The position numbers and the translations under genes are program-made. A DNA stretch of 63,945 nt, counting the filler, from Stramenopiles sp. TOSAG23-2 (taxonomy: Eukaryota), in the NCBI GenBank assembly GCA_900128395.1. It is 4 parts of 4 records of this genome, joined end to end, with 100 filler letters (N's around TTAATTAATTAA, not from the genome) between each part and the next. Parts side by side here need not be neighbours in the genome. Positions count along the whole stretch, not along the records: positions 16,986 to 33,853 come from LT649664.1; 3 more parts are not named here. One strand, written 5' to 3'. Positions within the stretch are counted from its first letter, which is position 1. Every line of letters starts with the position of its first letter. Shown here piece after piece: positions 22,361 to 33,953 of this stretch. Under the pieces are notes generated by a model. That model had not been told where the DNA came from, did not search any database, and saw only the letters and a list, made by a program, of their open reading frames with translations.

Positions 22361-22765
22361 TAACATGCTGGGATGCCATAATCTATAGATCTGTGCATAT
22401 ACATTACTGTACGGTTTAGCTGGTAATAATAGCTTTAACCACACCACTGGCACAGATAGTATACTATAATACTACTATACTACTATAAAACCAGTTTATG
22501 GCTGGTTTGTTGGCAATAATAGTAGTATTAATACTATTATACTTACTAGCTTAATATATCTAGTACTATTATTATTAATATTGTTGTTGTGTGAGGAGAA
22601 TATATATATAATAACTTTTAAAACATACAGTCTTATATATATACATGCGTAACAATATTATTAATAAACAAAGATTATTACAACATTTTTTTTCCTCTAA
22701 GAAACAAATTCTGCTATTTTTTTTTAGAGTGAACTACGTTTGAGTCAATATTTAAGATATCAAAG

Positions 22766-24157
22766 ATGATATCAAATTTAATGGATCAAATGATGATAAG
22801 TAATAGTAATAGTCCGTCCATGATGATGCCTGGAACAAACAATCGGTTACTGATGTCTGGTGGTGGTGGTTCCTCCAATATAACACCATTGAAGCAAACA
22901 ACTTCACCTTATAATGTTTCGCCAATATCGCCCATGATGGCGCAATCATCACCACATATGTTTAAAAATATGATAGACAAAAATTTATTTGCAAGCATAC
23001 AAAAGGGGTTTGATGAGTATGAAGGCACGAAAGCACAACGTGCTGATGTACATGAACGGGTTAACAAGCAAGAAGAAAACGAACCATTGACAATAAGAGC
23101 ACGCCAAGCATATGTTGCAAATACTTTTGCTGTGAACGAGGACATAAGATTGAAACGATTAGCCCAACAAGATAAAGTGCACTGGGAGCGAATGCCATCC
23201 GGTTTATCTCCGGGGGAAGCAATAAATCGTGATAAACCACCATACAAATTATTAAACAATAGAAACCAATCTGCTAGAACAACACGTTTGTCTATGCGAG
23301 ATGAGCTATCGAAAGAAAGTAGAGAATTATCGAACTTTGTAAACAATATTTATGAGGAAACTGCTGTCGCTGCAATTTATGAAAATGATAAATATGGTGA
23401 TGGTATAAATGAATATAGGCCAAGCTATGTCGACTCAAATAAAATGAACACAAATTATAATCATCGAAATTTTAGCATCAATGATATTAGCAACATTAGT
23501 AATGTGACTCCATCTTCGTGGAATGATTTTGATGATAATATGATACAAAATTTAGAAGATAAATTGATAAAAGTTTTAATGCGTAAGCAAGCAACAATTG
23601 CAAAGGCAACTAGATCACTTGAAAAAATCGGTATTTTAAAGAAAAAGACACATAATAATAAAAAAATAACTGTGAAACGTCGTAAAATAAATAGGAAAAA
23701 AAATGTTATTGGAGGCAAAGGTAACAAAAAAAAGAAAAAATTTAGAAAAAAGAAGAAGAAGGTTTTAATGGATTTCACCGATTTACAATTTGATATTGAT
23801 GAAATTGACAATAATATAGATGAAAATACTGGAAGATTTAAAGGTATATCCACTTATGGAACTGGTATTAGTGATGGAACTAGTAGCAGCTCATCTCGTC
23901 GTAAGATAAAAACAATGAAGAAAAGTTTAAGAATCAAACCTGTCAAAAAGTCATTGAAAATTCCAAAAAGTAAATCCAAGCGTATTAAATTAGTATTGTC
24001 GCTTTTAACTGAAAAACCGGCTAAAATGTCAAAAGGAACTAAAAAACGTCTATACAATAAAAAGGCAGTGAAGGCAAAAAAGAAAGAAGCATTGGAAAGA
24101 AGGGCAGAAATGGCAAAACCAAAATTGCATCGAGATGCCTTTTCAAAATTGTTTTGA
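22766..24157 (+). CDS. Hypothetical protein with Lys-rich C-terminal half
   Basis: 463-aa ORF with a Met/Ser/Pro-rich N-terminus and long basic tracts. No family recognised. Confidence 0.7.
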   Translation: MISNLMDQMMISNSNSPSMMMPGTNNRLLMSGGGGSSNITPLKQTTSPYNVSPISPMMAQSSPHMFKNMIDKNLFASIQKGFDEYEGTKAQRADVHERVNKQEENEPLTIRARQAYVANTFAVNEDIRLKRLAQQDKVHWERMPSGLSPGEAINRDKPPYKLLNNRNQSARTTRLSMRDELSKESRELSNFVNNIYEETAVAAIYENDKYGDGINEYRPSYVDSNKMNTNYNHRNFSINDISNISNVTPSSWNDFDDNMIQNLEDKLIKVLMRKQATIAKATRSLEKIGILKKKTHNNKKITVKRRKINRKKNVIGGKGNKKKKKFRKKKKKVLMDFTDLQFDIDEIDNNIDENTGRFKGISTYGTGISDGTSSSSSRRKIKTMKKSLRIKPVKKSLKIPKSKSKRIKLVLSLLTEKPAKMSKGTKKRLYNKKAVKAKKKEALERRAEMAKPKLHRDAFSKLF

Positions 24158-24634
24158 TATTGCAAGAAAAAGTAATATAGAAGTGTGTGAGTTCTACTGT
24201 GTAAATATGTTCTGTTCGTAATTACTTTTGTAATTTTAAATCTATTATTATTAATTATTGGTATTCCTGCAACGTGGAAATAGTCCCCCATAGCGCTATA
24301 CCTGCCGGGCCTGGTACAGTATTCTCATATTATAAATTAGGATTAAGGTTTATTTATCATTAAAAAAAATGATGAAGAGAGCTTCTCAACATGATGAAAA
24401 TTATTATGATGAGCACATCATGAATAAATAAGAATAAGTTGTTGGAAAGGCACATGGATAAAAATCAAATAGATGAATTTATATATATATGTTTACATTG
24501 TCACGTTTATGATTATATTATCAACCAGTTGTACATTCTTCATACATTTATGTATATGATATCATTGTCCCTGTATTGATAGTCTGATTTGGTTTTCATT
24601 TTTATTAGATAAAGATACTGATCATTAACTCAAC

Positions 24635-27600
24635 ATGGCAACAGTATCTACTAAACCATCGACAGGTGAAAAATGTCAATTTTTATTAGCAAAGGAAAAT
24701 GATAAATTAAAGACTGTATTTTCTAATTACCTGTCGTTAGGGCAATTTGAATTGGCGCGTGGTGTCTTTCAACGGCTAAAGCATTACAATGGGTCGGAAG
24801 ATCTTCTAGATACTTTAATAATCTTAGGACCCCCAAAAGAATGGTTGTACTCAATATCAGTGCCATCTTCGTCTCATTTAGGATGGTTATGCAGTAGCTT
24901 GAGAGAAGAAGTATATGGAAATAAGAATATCGATATGTCGCAGCAACAACAAGCGACAAATGACGAGAGCAAGCAAAATATAGCGGGGCCAATACCACGG
25001 TGGATTATACAGCAACATGAATTGGATATATTGCTCACAACAGCATTATTAGATGGTGCAGCGTTAAAGTGGCAATCCTTAAGCCCAAATACAGTAAATA
25101 CATTACGACGATTTTTTTTTAAATCCTTGTCGAGGCACGTCGATGTTAATGAGCTAATACTAGGTGTTAATGATTTTAATAATAACAATAATGCAAATGT
25201 TGGAGACAATAGAAAAAATTTGTCGCGTACCACCAGTCATATATTTGAATGTTCAACGAATGTTGTAAACCGTTTACCACCATTGCATATCCTACCTGTA
25301 CCTGGTTTTCTTCCTCCAGTTGGCTCATATTTACCAGAGGAAAATATCAGGATAGATGCTAAAATAGAAAGTTTGTCTGCTACTGTGATTCATCAATTTA
25401 AAACATTCATGTTAAGTCAACCTTTAATTGGTTTGTTTGTATGGAAAGATTTAATCAACGTGTTAGGGGATAAATCGAAAGAAGAATATATAAAGTTACA
25501 AACTGCTGGTGTTCAATTGATAGCACAATGTTTATTTGATGAGAAAAACTACTTGGTATTATATTTTTTACAATGTTTACGCCCACCACATAAAAATGCA
25601 GCGGTTGATGAAGGTGTACGGGATATTTTAACAGCAATTATAGATTTAATATGGGCAAAAAAATCATACCGATTGCTTGCAAATAAGGATCTTCCTTATA
25701 AAATTGAAGCTCAACTATCTCAACGATTAAAGGTTTTGTCTGGAAAACCTGTATTGACTGGTATCAATAATAACAATTCGTCCAACAGTTCGGATAATTT
25801 GATCAGTAAAAAGAAAAATAATAATCTCTTGCCTCGAAAAAAAATCTATGAAGCCTTACTAATTTCGGAAGATACACAATTGTTATCATATTACTGTTCA
25901 ATAGAGGATGCAAATATACGTCTACGTCTTGAATCTGTCCAGCTTGCCCCGTGTTTTACTCATTTTCACCATAGATTGCGATTCAATCGTTTAAATGCAT
26001 TTAAACACTTTTGGGGTGATTACTTTACATTGATGTGGGTCACCAAAAGACATTGTTTAGAATACGTTATAGAACATGGTTTAAAATTTATACATGAACA
26101 AAATTTCAATGCCGCTTCCCAATTATTAGAACCCTTTCCACAACTCCAAGCATTAGTGTTGTTGTTGAGTGTTGATCACCCAAGTGTAGCTGATATTGAA
26201 GCCAAACAAAAGCTTATAGATGCGCTATGGGTACATCGATTAGTTAATCGTAATAATAAGCGAGCGCAGACAGTTACAGGCCACGGGGGAAACGTAGTGG
26301 AAGGTGATAACAATTGTAGCGAACCAAAAGTGGAACGATGGTGTGACCAACTATCTTTTATGGTAAGACTTGCTTGGTGGTATACAGATCAATATAATTC
26401 TATTCCTTTTGAGAAACGCGTGCCAGAGAATGTGACTGGTGTATGGCGTGCAAGCACTGGTGATAACGACAAGATGGATCAAAACAATCTGTACAATAAA
26501 CGAACAGTTCGTCAAATTGCAAATGCTGTTTTGATGGCATTAGAGACAAATTCGGTTGTACGCGTTGTTCGTGAATGTTTACCGTCTATACCGGGCTATG
26601 CAGAAGATACAGGAAATGTTAACAACAGTAAAGAAGATGTAGAATCAAAACGAGCAACACTAGGGTTATTGCAATTTTTATCGGAAAGACCTCATGGTAC
26701 AAAAGAGATTGAAAATGAGCATCAGCAAGACATGATGCTACTACGAGCATATTACGCCATGAAAATTGTATTTCGATGGTTTTATAATGCCGTTTTATTG
26801 GATCAAACCAGAACGAAAGAAATGAAGAAAAAGGCGAAATCAAAAAGAAGCTCTTTTACTGCTCCAGTGGGATCTACTGTGAAATTAAACGAAAGTTACA
26901 TTGAAAAATTACAGAAAGATTCGGGAAATATTGTTCGCTTACTGTCCGGAATTACATCGTTGCCTATTCGTTTAACTGCGCTGGAAAATGTTTTCTCGCT
27001 GTTGTTTTTAAATAAAAATCACATGATCGGTGATTTGAAAAATGAAGAATTGAAACGATCGACGGCAGCTGGAATGGCAGCAAAGATTGTCGAGGAGAAC
27101 ACGATGAAAAAGGAACAGAGCAATAGTGACGCAAATAGTGATTCAAAGAAAATAAGCAAAAGTAAAAGTGGAACCGGTTTGTCATCTCTCGTTTTCAAGT
27201 ATGATAATAATAACAATGATGGGGGAAATCCTTCATTTGTATCCTACATTGCGAGCTCTAGTTTATTAAAATTAGTACTCAATGCACTCAGGCAATGTTT
27301 AGAAACTGCAATGAAGGAGTGGGTAGAATCTGATATACCTGAAGATAAGGATAGAGAAAAGGAATATGAAACGACAGGTAGGCGTACAAAAACCTTGTTA
27401 CAATACGTAGAAGAAGGTGTTGAGAGGGTTAATGTATTAGAAATGAGTAAAAAACATTTTAAACGCTCGCGTAGTCAATTCATGCGAAGAATGTTTGCTT
27501 CACCGCAATCACTTTTAAACGTATGCTTAAAACGAAGTGACTATGGAAGTGCAAAACGTATGATTGAATTTTTCAAAATTCCAAATGTGCGTTCAAATGA

Positions 27601-30600
27601 AGTGATATTAGCAGAGGCTTTAGATCATATCTCCGCAGATTTGAGTACCACCGCGCCAAATGCAACACAGGTTAATCTTTCGTTTGTTAAACGCTTAATT
27701 GATATTCGTAAAGATAGCTATGACTCTGTGAAAGGTATGAGCCCGTTGAAGTCTTTACATTATAAATTACATGCATTTTACATGACAGTAGATTTAGCTA
27801 TAAGTGCTGCACCAACTATACAGCAATCTCATATATTATTACAACACGCTCAACATTTACTACATGATTGGCAAAAAGAATCATTAAATGATTCCCGCGA
27901 TGAAGTATTTTATGCTCAGCTGCATACCTATTTTTCTGTATTTGTTATTAACCGGTATGGGAAATTGATTGACAATGAAAAAAAGGTGATAAAAGCAAGT
28001 GGAAAAAACAATAACAGTCGTTTGCCACCATTATGGAAATTATTAAAACGTGTTGAAAACATGCCAATCGAACCAACCATATTAGAATCACATTTATCGC
28101 AAATGCAAAGTCGTGTACAAGCCCTTGATAACTTGCGTGGTGTATTTGACAATGTTCGTCTAGGGACGAGAGGCAAGCGTAGTGATTTCAAAATGGATAA
28201 GTTCTTACAATCTGTTCTTGAACAGTTTTCACAATCAGGAAGTGATGGAAATAGTAACAGCAATATATCACTGCCCGCACTGGCAACTTCTTCGGGTAAC
28301 TCTTTAGCAAACGATGATGTTGAAATGCAATATTTAGCAACTTTTTTAACATATATCATGGATATTAGCAATGCCATGAAATCAGCTAAATCACAATCGG
28401 AGGATCATTCGGTAGATTTCTTAAGCATCTTGAGCAACGCTCCAAGGCGTATCTTATCATCCTTGGTATTTGAATCCAATGGCTTTCAAGAGGCGAAGAA
28501 ATTAGCAAAATTGATGCGTATTGATTTGCTACGAATTTTACTTAGAAGCTGTTTTGATAATTCAATATTAAATGAACAACGTGCTGAGAATCCTGCTGCA
28601 ATTATCAATAAAAACGATATATCTTCCTTCACTAGATATCCATTAAATATGAAAGTTGTTGAATACGTTGCGATATTGGAAAAAGAACACTCTGTGTTAG
28701 GTGCGATGCCTTTCTTGGCTTCGCTGGCATGTATGAAACGTTGGACCAGCCCATTATTTGATGGTAATTTCTTAGCTTACGCATTGAACAATACCAATCA
28801 GCATCCATCATTAAATAGATGGGTATGTAGCCGGGCACAAGCATTTTATCATTTTATCACCATCTTTTTAAAACATGAAGAAAATATAGATTCTGAAAAA
28901 CCAAAAAGCCGTATTGCGAATATCGATAGTGGGCAAAATGGCTCAATAAAAGATTTTATATCATTTGATCCATCGAAATTTAAGAGTTTGAAAAACTTTC
29001 AATTTCAATATGATTTGGAATTTGTGTATAAAAAAGGTAGAAGAAGACCAGGCGACGATGCAAATACTAAGGATATGAATTCAAATAAACAAGATGTTTT
29101 AGAAATACCGAAAGATCTAAACATTCGAAAATGTTTGGCACATTTATTGAATGATGATGCAGAGAATGATATAGAATTTTATGAGCTTTGTGTAAATCGT
29201 TTGAAAGAAGATAAAGACTTCAAAAAAGCACTGGCATTGGCTGATGCTGGTATTTCGCACCACAAATTTGAGATTGTACAAGAAATACTTCGTGTCTTAA
29301 TAGAAAGTGATGTTGATAATTACTCTACGTCCCATTATATAAAACGCATGCATGATCGAGTACAAGCTGCCGAATATGCAATACAATATTTAGATCGTCT
29401 TGATGTTGATACTGGTATAGACCTTTTAAATATGTGTGCATCTCAATTAAGATACTGTAATAACCATGATGCAAATGAAATCGAAAACAGTAACAGCAGT
29501 ATAAATAAAGATGAAAAAATTAAAGAATTGCAGAAGCAAGTGTGTAGCTTATTGAAAGAGTTAAATATTTACAAACAAGTTCTGTCTGTTGCACCGCATA
29601 AATACAAAACATGGCAACAAATTGCAAAACTTTGCAGAACAAAACCAGAGCAAGTCATACGAACACTATTAGGTTTGAAACAGCATAAATTGGCCGGTCG
29701 CATCATAAATTCTACCACAACGAATGATATTGAAATGAAGATAGATTTTGAAACGTCTTATATTTTTGAATTGTTGACGGTGCAGCAACAAGCAAACAAT
29801 AAGTCCAAGGCATTTGAAAGATTAGAGGCATTAAATGCAATTGAAGCAGCACAAGTATATAAACGAATAATGAATCAAATTGATGACCATGGCACAAAGC
29901 TAATTTTAGTTAAATATATGATTTACGTTTGTTCCAATGCAACAGGGGGAGATGAAGTGGCAAAAATTGAAAGTATTGCTGGGACTCAAGTATCATTATC
30001 CGTAATTGAGCTTTCATTGAATATTCTAGTAAAGTTGCCGAACCATTTGCAAGATACAATGCGACATTTAATTGGTAAACCTTCAATTATTGTAGAAAGT
30101 CTGTTAATGGGGAGTCATATATCTATTGTAGCAAAACTGTTGAAAAGGTATCCAAAATTAATTAATGATGAAATGATCTTTGGTGCAGCGCGAAAAGCTG
30201 TTAGTATGGCTCCAAAGGAGAGGTATAGCCATGTAGGCATTTTGACAGGGGATATCGAAGCAGATACTGCCATACGCGCAAATCATTATTATGATAATAC
30301 TCCGAATATGTCCTTGGCAAAGTCCATTTTAGATATATCAGCAGCCAATAACCCAGCAAATGCTGGCAAAGCATGTTTTCGGCTGTGTGATCATTTAAGC
30401 GCAGCATTGAGTGCACCTGATGCACACATAACCATGCTACTATCTATGTTGCGACATTTATTGGTATATGCAAAAAGTCAATTTGAAATTCATCCTGAAA
30501 ATTTAATGAATGACACTGCGGCTACAACGGAGAATGATGTATATTTTGGTATAATGTTTTTAGGCCAAGGTAGCAGTGCTTTGTGGAAGCAATGTGATAA

Positions 30601-31855
30601 ATACATGAGTTGTTTCACACTTTTGCGTACGTTGCATATGTTGGAATTAGACGATGTAAAGGTAAATTTGACTGATATGTCACAGCCATTGAAAATGCGA
30701 AAAGTTAGAGACATGTTGCTTAATCCAAAAATCGATCGAATACGACTAGCATTGCAAGTTTGTAAAACATGTAGTATAGAGGAAGAGCCTGTTTATTCTG
30801 CGTGGGGTTTAGCATTAGTTCGAGTTGGTTTATATAATGAAGCGAGGGAAAAATTTTCATTTTCATTAAGTGGTAGTATTGATTCGACAATTCAAAGTAA
30901 TGAAAAGAAGACAACGACAGATAGTGAAAATGTAAAAATGATTGTTCGTCAAATTGTTGAAATGATTAAAGTTAATTCCAAAGGCATGGGTATTGCTGAA
31001 TTGAAGAAGCGTCACATGCAATTATCTATCGAAGTCATGGCGCGTAGCATTTGGAATTCCAGTATTGTTTCTAATGATGAAATACATTTAAGATCAATGG
31101 ATAAAGTTGCCGATTCATCGTTATTGCCACTGGAACTGCAAAAAGAATGTCTACATTATTTAGAGACTTATAGTGTGCCGAATGGTGATTCAAAAGAACT
31201 TGTGGCGTTTTTCGTCTCTCAAAATATGATTAAAGAGGCATGTAAAGTTGTAGTTTCTCAACATTTGCCTACAAATATTTTTGTTGACATAGTCGTCACT
31301 GCATGTGTCGAGCAGAACCAAGCTGATATATTACAAACTGTACTTGGTAATATTGATTCTTCGCTGGATTTAGTTCGACATTATTTAATTGGAATGTGTA
31401 ATTGGTTGAGTATACATGAGAAACATCAAATATTAAAAGAGTTTCAAGTATTTATGAAAGATCATGTTGGGGCAGCATTTACATGTGAAAAATTATTTGA
31501 AAAAGCGACTGGTTTCGATGAGCAAATGGGTAATTTACGCCAAGTGAAGGAACATTTCACGGCTGCGTTAAGCCAAGGGGAATCTCGTGTTAATTTACTA
31601 TCTCTAGATGGGATGAAAGCTTTTGCAAAAAATAATCTGGCTATTAGAGGTCGTATTGTAGTAATTGATTATCAAATGTCCGTGTTGAAATTATTTCCTA
31701 GTAAAAAGATGAATCCAATCTTTGCTGTTGGCATTGCTGTAGAAACTGAAAACGTAAAAGCGGTTTTAGATATTCAGCGAAAGGAAATTTTAGGGAAAAT
31801 ATTACCAATTGATTCAAGTTTACATAGTCAATTACTGAACATTTTTGGATTGTAG
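24635..31855 (+). CDS. ZFYVE26: Spastizin (ZFYVE26/SPG15)-like alpha-solenoid protein, no FYVE finger
   Basis: 2406 aa. Recognisable blocks: GQFELAR, LLEPFPQLQALVLLL, LENVFSLLFL, MFASPQSLLNVCL, KPSIIVESLLM, HYYDNTPNMSLAKSIL, AWGLALVRVGLYNEAREKF, QVFMKDHVGAAFTC. Confidence 0.85.
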   Translation: MATVSTKPSTGEKCQFLLAKENDKLKTVFSNYLSLGQFELARGVFQRLKHYNGSEDLLDTLIILGPPKEWLYSISVPSSSHLGWLCSSLREEVYGNKNIDMSQQQQATNDESKQNIAGPIPRWIIQQHELDILLTTALLDGAALKWQSLSPNTVNTLRRFFFKSLSRHVDVNELILGVNDFNNNNNANVGDNRKNLSRTTSHIFECSTNVVNRLPPLHILPVPGFLPPVGSYLPEENIRIDAKIESLSATVIHQFKTFMLSQPLIGLFVWKDLINVLGDKSKEEYIKLQTAGVQLIAQCLFDEKNYLVLYFLQCLRPPHKNAAVDEGVRDILTAIIDLIWAKKSYRLLANKDLPYKIEAQLSQRLKVLSGKPVLTGINNNNSSNSSDNLISKKKNNNLLPRKKIYEALLISEDTQLLSYYCSIEDANIRLRLESVQLAPCFTHFHHRLRFNRLNAFKHFWGDYFTLMWVTKRHCLEYVIEHGLKFIHEQNFNAASQLLEPFPQLQALVLLLSVDHPSVADIEAKQKLIDALWVHRLVNRNNKRAQTVTGHGGNVVEGDNNCSEPKVERWCDQLSFMVRLAWWYTDQYNSIPFEKRVPENVTGVWRASTGDNDKMDQNNLYNKRTVRQIANAVLMALETNSVVRVVRECLPSIPGYAEDTGNVNNSKEDVESKRATLGLLQFLSERPHGTKEIENEHQQDMMLLRAYYAMKIVFRWFYNAVLLDQTRTKEMKKKAKSKRSSFTAPVGSTVKLNESYIEKLQKDSGNIVRLLSGITSLPIRLTALENVFSLLFLNKNHMIGDLKNEELKRSTAAGMAAKIVEENTMKKEQSNSDANSDSKKISKSKSGTGLSSLVFKYDNNNNDGGNPSFVSYIASSSLLKLVLNALRQCLETAMKEWVESDIPEDKDREKEYETTGRRTKTLLQYVEEGVERVNVLEMSKKHFKRSRSQFMRRMFASPQSLLNVCLKRSDYGSAKRMIEFFKIPNVRSNEVILAEALDHISADLSTTAPNATQVNLSFVKRLIDIRKDSYDSVKGMSPLKSLHYKLHAFYMTVDLAISAAPTIQQSHILLQHAQHLLHDWQKESLNDSRDEVFYAQLHTYFSVFVINRYGKLIDNEKKVIKASGKNNNSRLPPLWKLLKRVENMPIEPTILESHLSQMQSRVQALDNLRGVFDNVRLGTRGKRSDFKMDKFLQSVLEQFSQSGSDGNSNSNISLPALATSSGNSLANDDVEMQYLATFLTYIMDISNAMKSAKSQSEDHSVDFLSILSNAPRRILSSLVFESNGFQEAKKLAKLMRIDLLRILLRSCFDNSILNEQRAENPAAIINKNDISSFTRYPLNMKVVEYVAILEKEHSVLGAMPFLASLACMKRWTSPLFDGNFLAYALNNTNQHPSLNRWVCSRAQAFYHFITIFLKHEENIDSEKPKSRIANIDSGQNGSIKDFISFDPSKFKSLKNFQFQYDLEFVYKKGRRRPGDDANTKDMNSNKQDVLEIPKDLNIRKCLAHLLNDDAENDIEFYELCVNRLKEDKDFKKALALADAGISHHKFEIVQEILRVLIESDVDNYSTSHYIKRMHDRVQAAEYAIQYLDRLDVDTGIDLLNMCASQLRYCNNHDANEIENSNSSINKDEKIKELQKQVCSLLKELNIYKQVLSVAPHKYKTWQQIAKLCRTKPEQVIRTLLGLKQHKLAGRIINSTTTNDIEMKIDFETSYIFELLTVQQQANNKSKAFERLEALNAIEAAQVYKRIMNQIDDHGTKLILVKYMIYVCSNATGGDEVAKIESIAGTQVSLSVIELSLNILVKLPNHLQDTMRHLIGKPSIIVESLLMGSHISIVAKLLKRYPKLINDEMIFGAARKAVSMAPKERYSHVGILTGDIEADTAIRANHYYDNTPNMSLAKSILDISAANNPANAGKACFRLCDHLSAALSAPDAHITMLLSMLRHLLVYAKSQFEIHPENLMNDTAATTENDVYFGIMFLGQGSSALWKQCDKYMSCFTLLRTLHMLELDDVKVNLTDMSQPLKMRKVRDMLLNPKIDRIRLALQVCKTCSIEEEPVYSAWGLALVRVGLYNEAREKFSFSLSGSIDSTIQSNEKKTTTDSENVKMIVRQIVEMIKVNSKGMGIAELKKRHMQLSIEVMARSIWNSSIVSNDEIHLRSMDKVADSSLLPLELQKECLHYLETYSVPNGDSKELVAFFVSQNMIKEACKVVVSQHLPTNIFVDIVVTACVEQNQADILQTVLGNIDSSLDLVRHYLIGMCNWLSIHEKHQILKEFQVFMKDHVGAAFTCEKLFEKATGFDEQMGNLRQVKEHFTAALSQGESRVNLLSLDGMKAFAKNNLAIRGRIVVIDYQMSVLKLFPSKKMNPIFAVGIAVETENVKAVLDIQRKEILGKILPIDSSLHSQLLNIFGL

Positions 31856-31996
31856 TGTTTAAAATTAGAGAGAGGGTATGTGTGTATTTTATACGCTCGT
31901 ACGAGAATATACGACGAAATATATATTAGGGTTTTTACTATTAAATCTTTTATACGGTGTACGTATATATATATATAATATTATATATATATATAA

Positions 31997-32031
31997 TATA
32001 TAATATATGAGTAAGAGAACATTTTATATAT
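31997..32031 (+). repeat. 35-bp element identical to 44832-44866
   Basis: TATATAATATATGAGTAAGAGAACATTTTATATAT occurs on two different contigs. Confidence 0.85.
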
Positions 32032-32117
32032 TCGTATATAATTGTGTACCTTTGTCACATATTCTTCTGCCTTCTCCTTTCTTTTATACACACCTCAAAA
32101 TAGAGATTTATTATAAA

Positions 32118-32678
32118 CTAATCTGATAAGAATATACGGCTAGAGATATCATCAACAATCCAGTCCATACCTTCTACTAAACCTTTACCTGTAACAGCAC
32201 TACATGGATGAATTTGCCAATGATGTTTATTGAACAATTCACCACCTAACTCTAATGCATCTGCAATATCTTTATCGCTTAAAGCGCCCTTTAAATCTTG
32301 CTTGTTAGCAAATACTAATAAAGAAGCACCAGCTAGTTTCTCTTGTCCCATAATTTTAGACAATTCATCTTTGCATTGTTGTAAACGACGTTTATCTGCA
32401 CTATCAACTACCCATACAATACCATCAGTTTGCTCAAAATAATTTCTCCAATATGATCTAATAGTCTTTTGGCCACCAACGTCCCATACATTCAGTTTAT
32501 AACCACGGAAGTCAAATGTTTGTATGTCAAATCCTAGTGTCGGCGATATCGTTTCAATATCCTCCCCTTTAAATTTTTTCAACATGGTAGTTTTACCAGC
32601 ATTATCCAAACCTAAAACCAATAATCGTACTTCTTTCTCTTTTTCTTTCAATTTTTTTAAAATTGTTAACAATCCCAT
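32118..32678 (-). CDS. ARL2: ADP-ribosylation factor-like GTPase 2
   Basis: [70 protein letters not shown]. Confidence 0.97.
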   Translation of the reverse strand: MGLLTILKKLKEKEKEVRLLVLGLDNAGKTTMLKKFKGEDIETISPTLGFDIQTFDFRGYKLNVWDVGGQKTIRSYWRNYFEQTDGIVWVVDSADKRRLQQCKDELSKIMGQEKLAGASLLVFANKQDLKGALSDKDIADALELGGELFNKHHWQIHPCSAVTGKGLVEGMDWIVDDISSRIFLSD

Positions 32679-33151
32679 GGTACAATACGTATTGATATAT
32701 ATGTCTATTTATATATATATGTATATACATATATATGGTAATGTAAATTATATTTGTGCATGAATAATTTCAGTAATGTAGTTATTATTAAATATTACTT
32801 ACTACTTTTTGAAAAAAATTTAACCTAACGTGGCTATTTTCAAATTTTTTTTTTTTCAGGCTGCTCCGCAGCAGTTTTTTTAATTTTTTTTTTGCTTCTT
32901 CTTTTACTTTCTACATGTATTTGTTTTCAAATGTATTTTTAAGGTTATTATACTAGTACTATATTATTCTTCGAACGCGTGTTAATGTATAATGAAAGAA
33001 GAATGAAAGAATGAGAAGTTATCTTATAAGACGTTATACATAAACTAAAACATGAATGTATAAACATATAATTACTATTTAACAACATACAAGAGGAGAG
33101 AAAATATATTTTTTTCTATATTACCATACAACTGTATATATTTTTTGAAAT

Positions 33152-33526
33152 ATGGGGAGTGAATCAACTGGTACAATAACGTGGCTTGAACCTGAATATA
33201 AATACCATGGTACATACACAGGTAGCCTTAAAAATGGCTTACCCCATGGAAAAGGTGATTTCTCACAACAAAATGGTAGAAAACATCTTGTCGGTGAATG
33301 GGTAGATGGCATCAAGCAAGGTCCATTTATACGGATGTACGGTAACGGTTTCCACTGGAAAGGTAACTATGTGAATAACTTGCGGGAGGGCGTATGGCAG
33401 TATGTTTATGCTGGTGCTAACCCAATCATAAATAAATATAATTATTCTCAAGGTCATAGAATAGGCAGGTCCAACGTGACTCATAAAGATGGATTGAAGA
33501 TGGGTTCATTGAGCCCCATCATGTAA
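33152..33526 (+). CDS. Small MORN-repeat protein
   Basis: YTGSLKNGLPHGKG, VGEWVDGIKQG and WKGNYVNNLREG repeats. Confidence 0.75.
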   Translation: MGSESTGTITWLEPEYKYHGTYTGSLKNGLPHGKGDFSQQNGRKHLVGEWVDGIKQGPFIRMYGNGFHWKGNYVNNLREGVWQYVYAGANPIINKYNYSQGHRIGRSNVTHKDGLKMGSLSPIM

Positions 33527-33853
33527 ATTAAAAAGATGTTATTGTTTTGTTACTTGTTATTTGTCCTTGTGAAAATTGATAAAATTGCATGTGAAAGTGA
33601 GAGAGAGTAGATTTTATATGAAGAAGAGGTTACAACATCTTCAAAAATGTAAATTAATTATGTAGTAATTATAATTTGAGAGAAGAACCCAGAGACTGTT
33701 AAATTTTGACGACGGCCTATGAATAAGTACTAGCCAAATTGTATATAGTTTAAATGCTCTTCCTATCAAGCGCATTTCCCGTCGTCATCTGTCGTCAACA
33801 GGGTTGGCACCGACATGTCGGGAACTTTTTTAAGGTTTTCCTAATGATTTGGA

Positions 33854-33953
33854 NNNNNNNNNNNNNNNNNNNNNNNNNNNNNNNNNNNNNNNNNNNNTTA
33901 ATTAATTAANNNNNNNNNNNNNNNNNNNNNNNNNNNNNNNNNNNNNNNNNNNN
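33854..33953. other. Artificial contig-joining spacer
   Basis: N44-TTAATTAATTAA-N44. Confidence 0.98.

Noticed and set aside
24361-24625. C/D-box snoRNA (ATGATGA x3 and downstream CTGA)
   Set aside because: No terminal stem, unconvincing box spacing and no recognisable rRNA guide.
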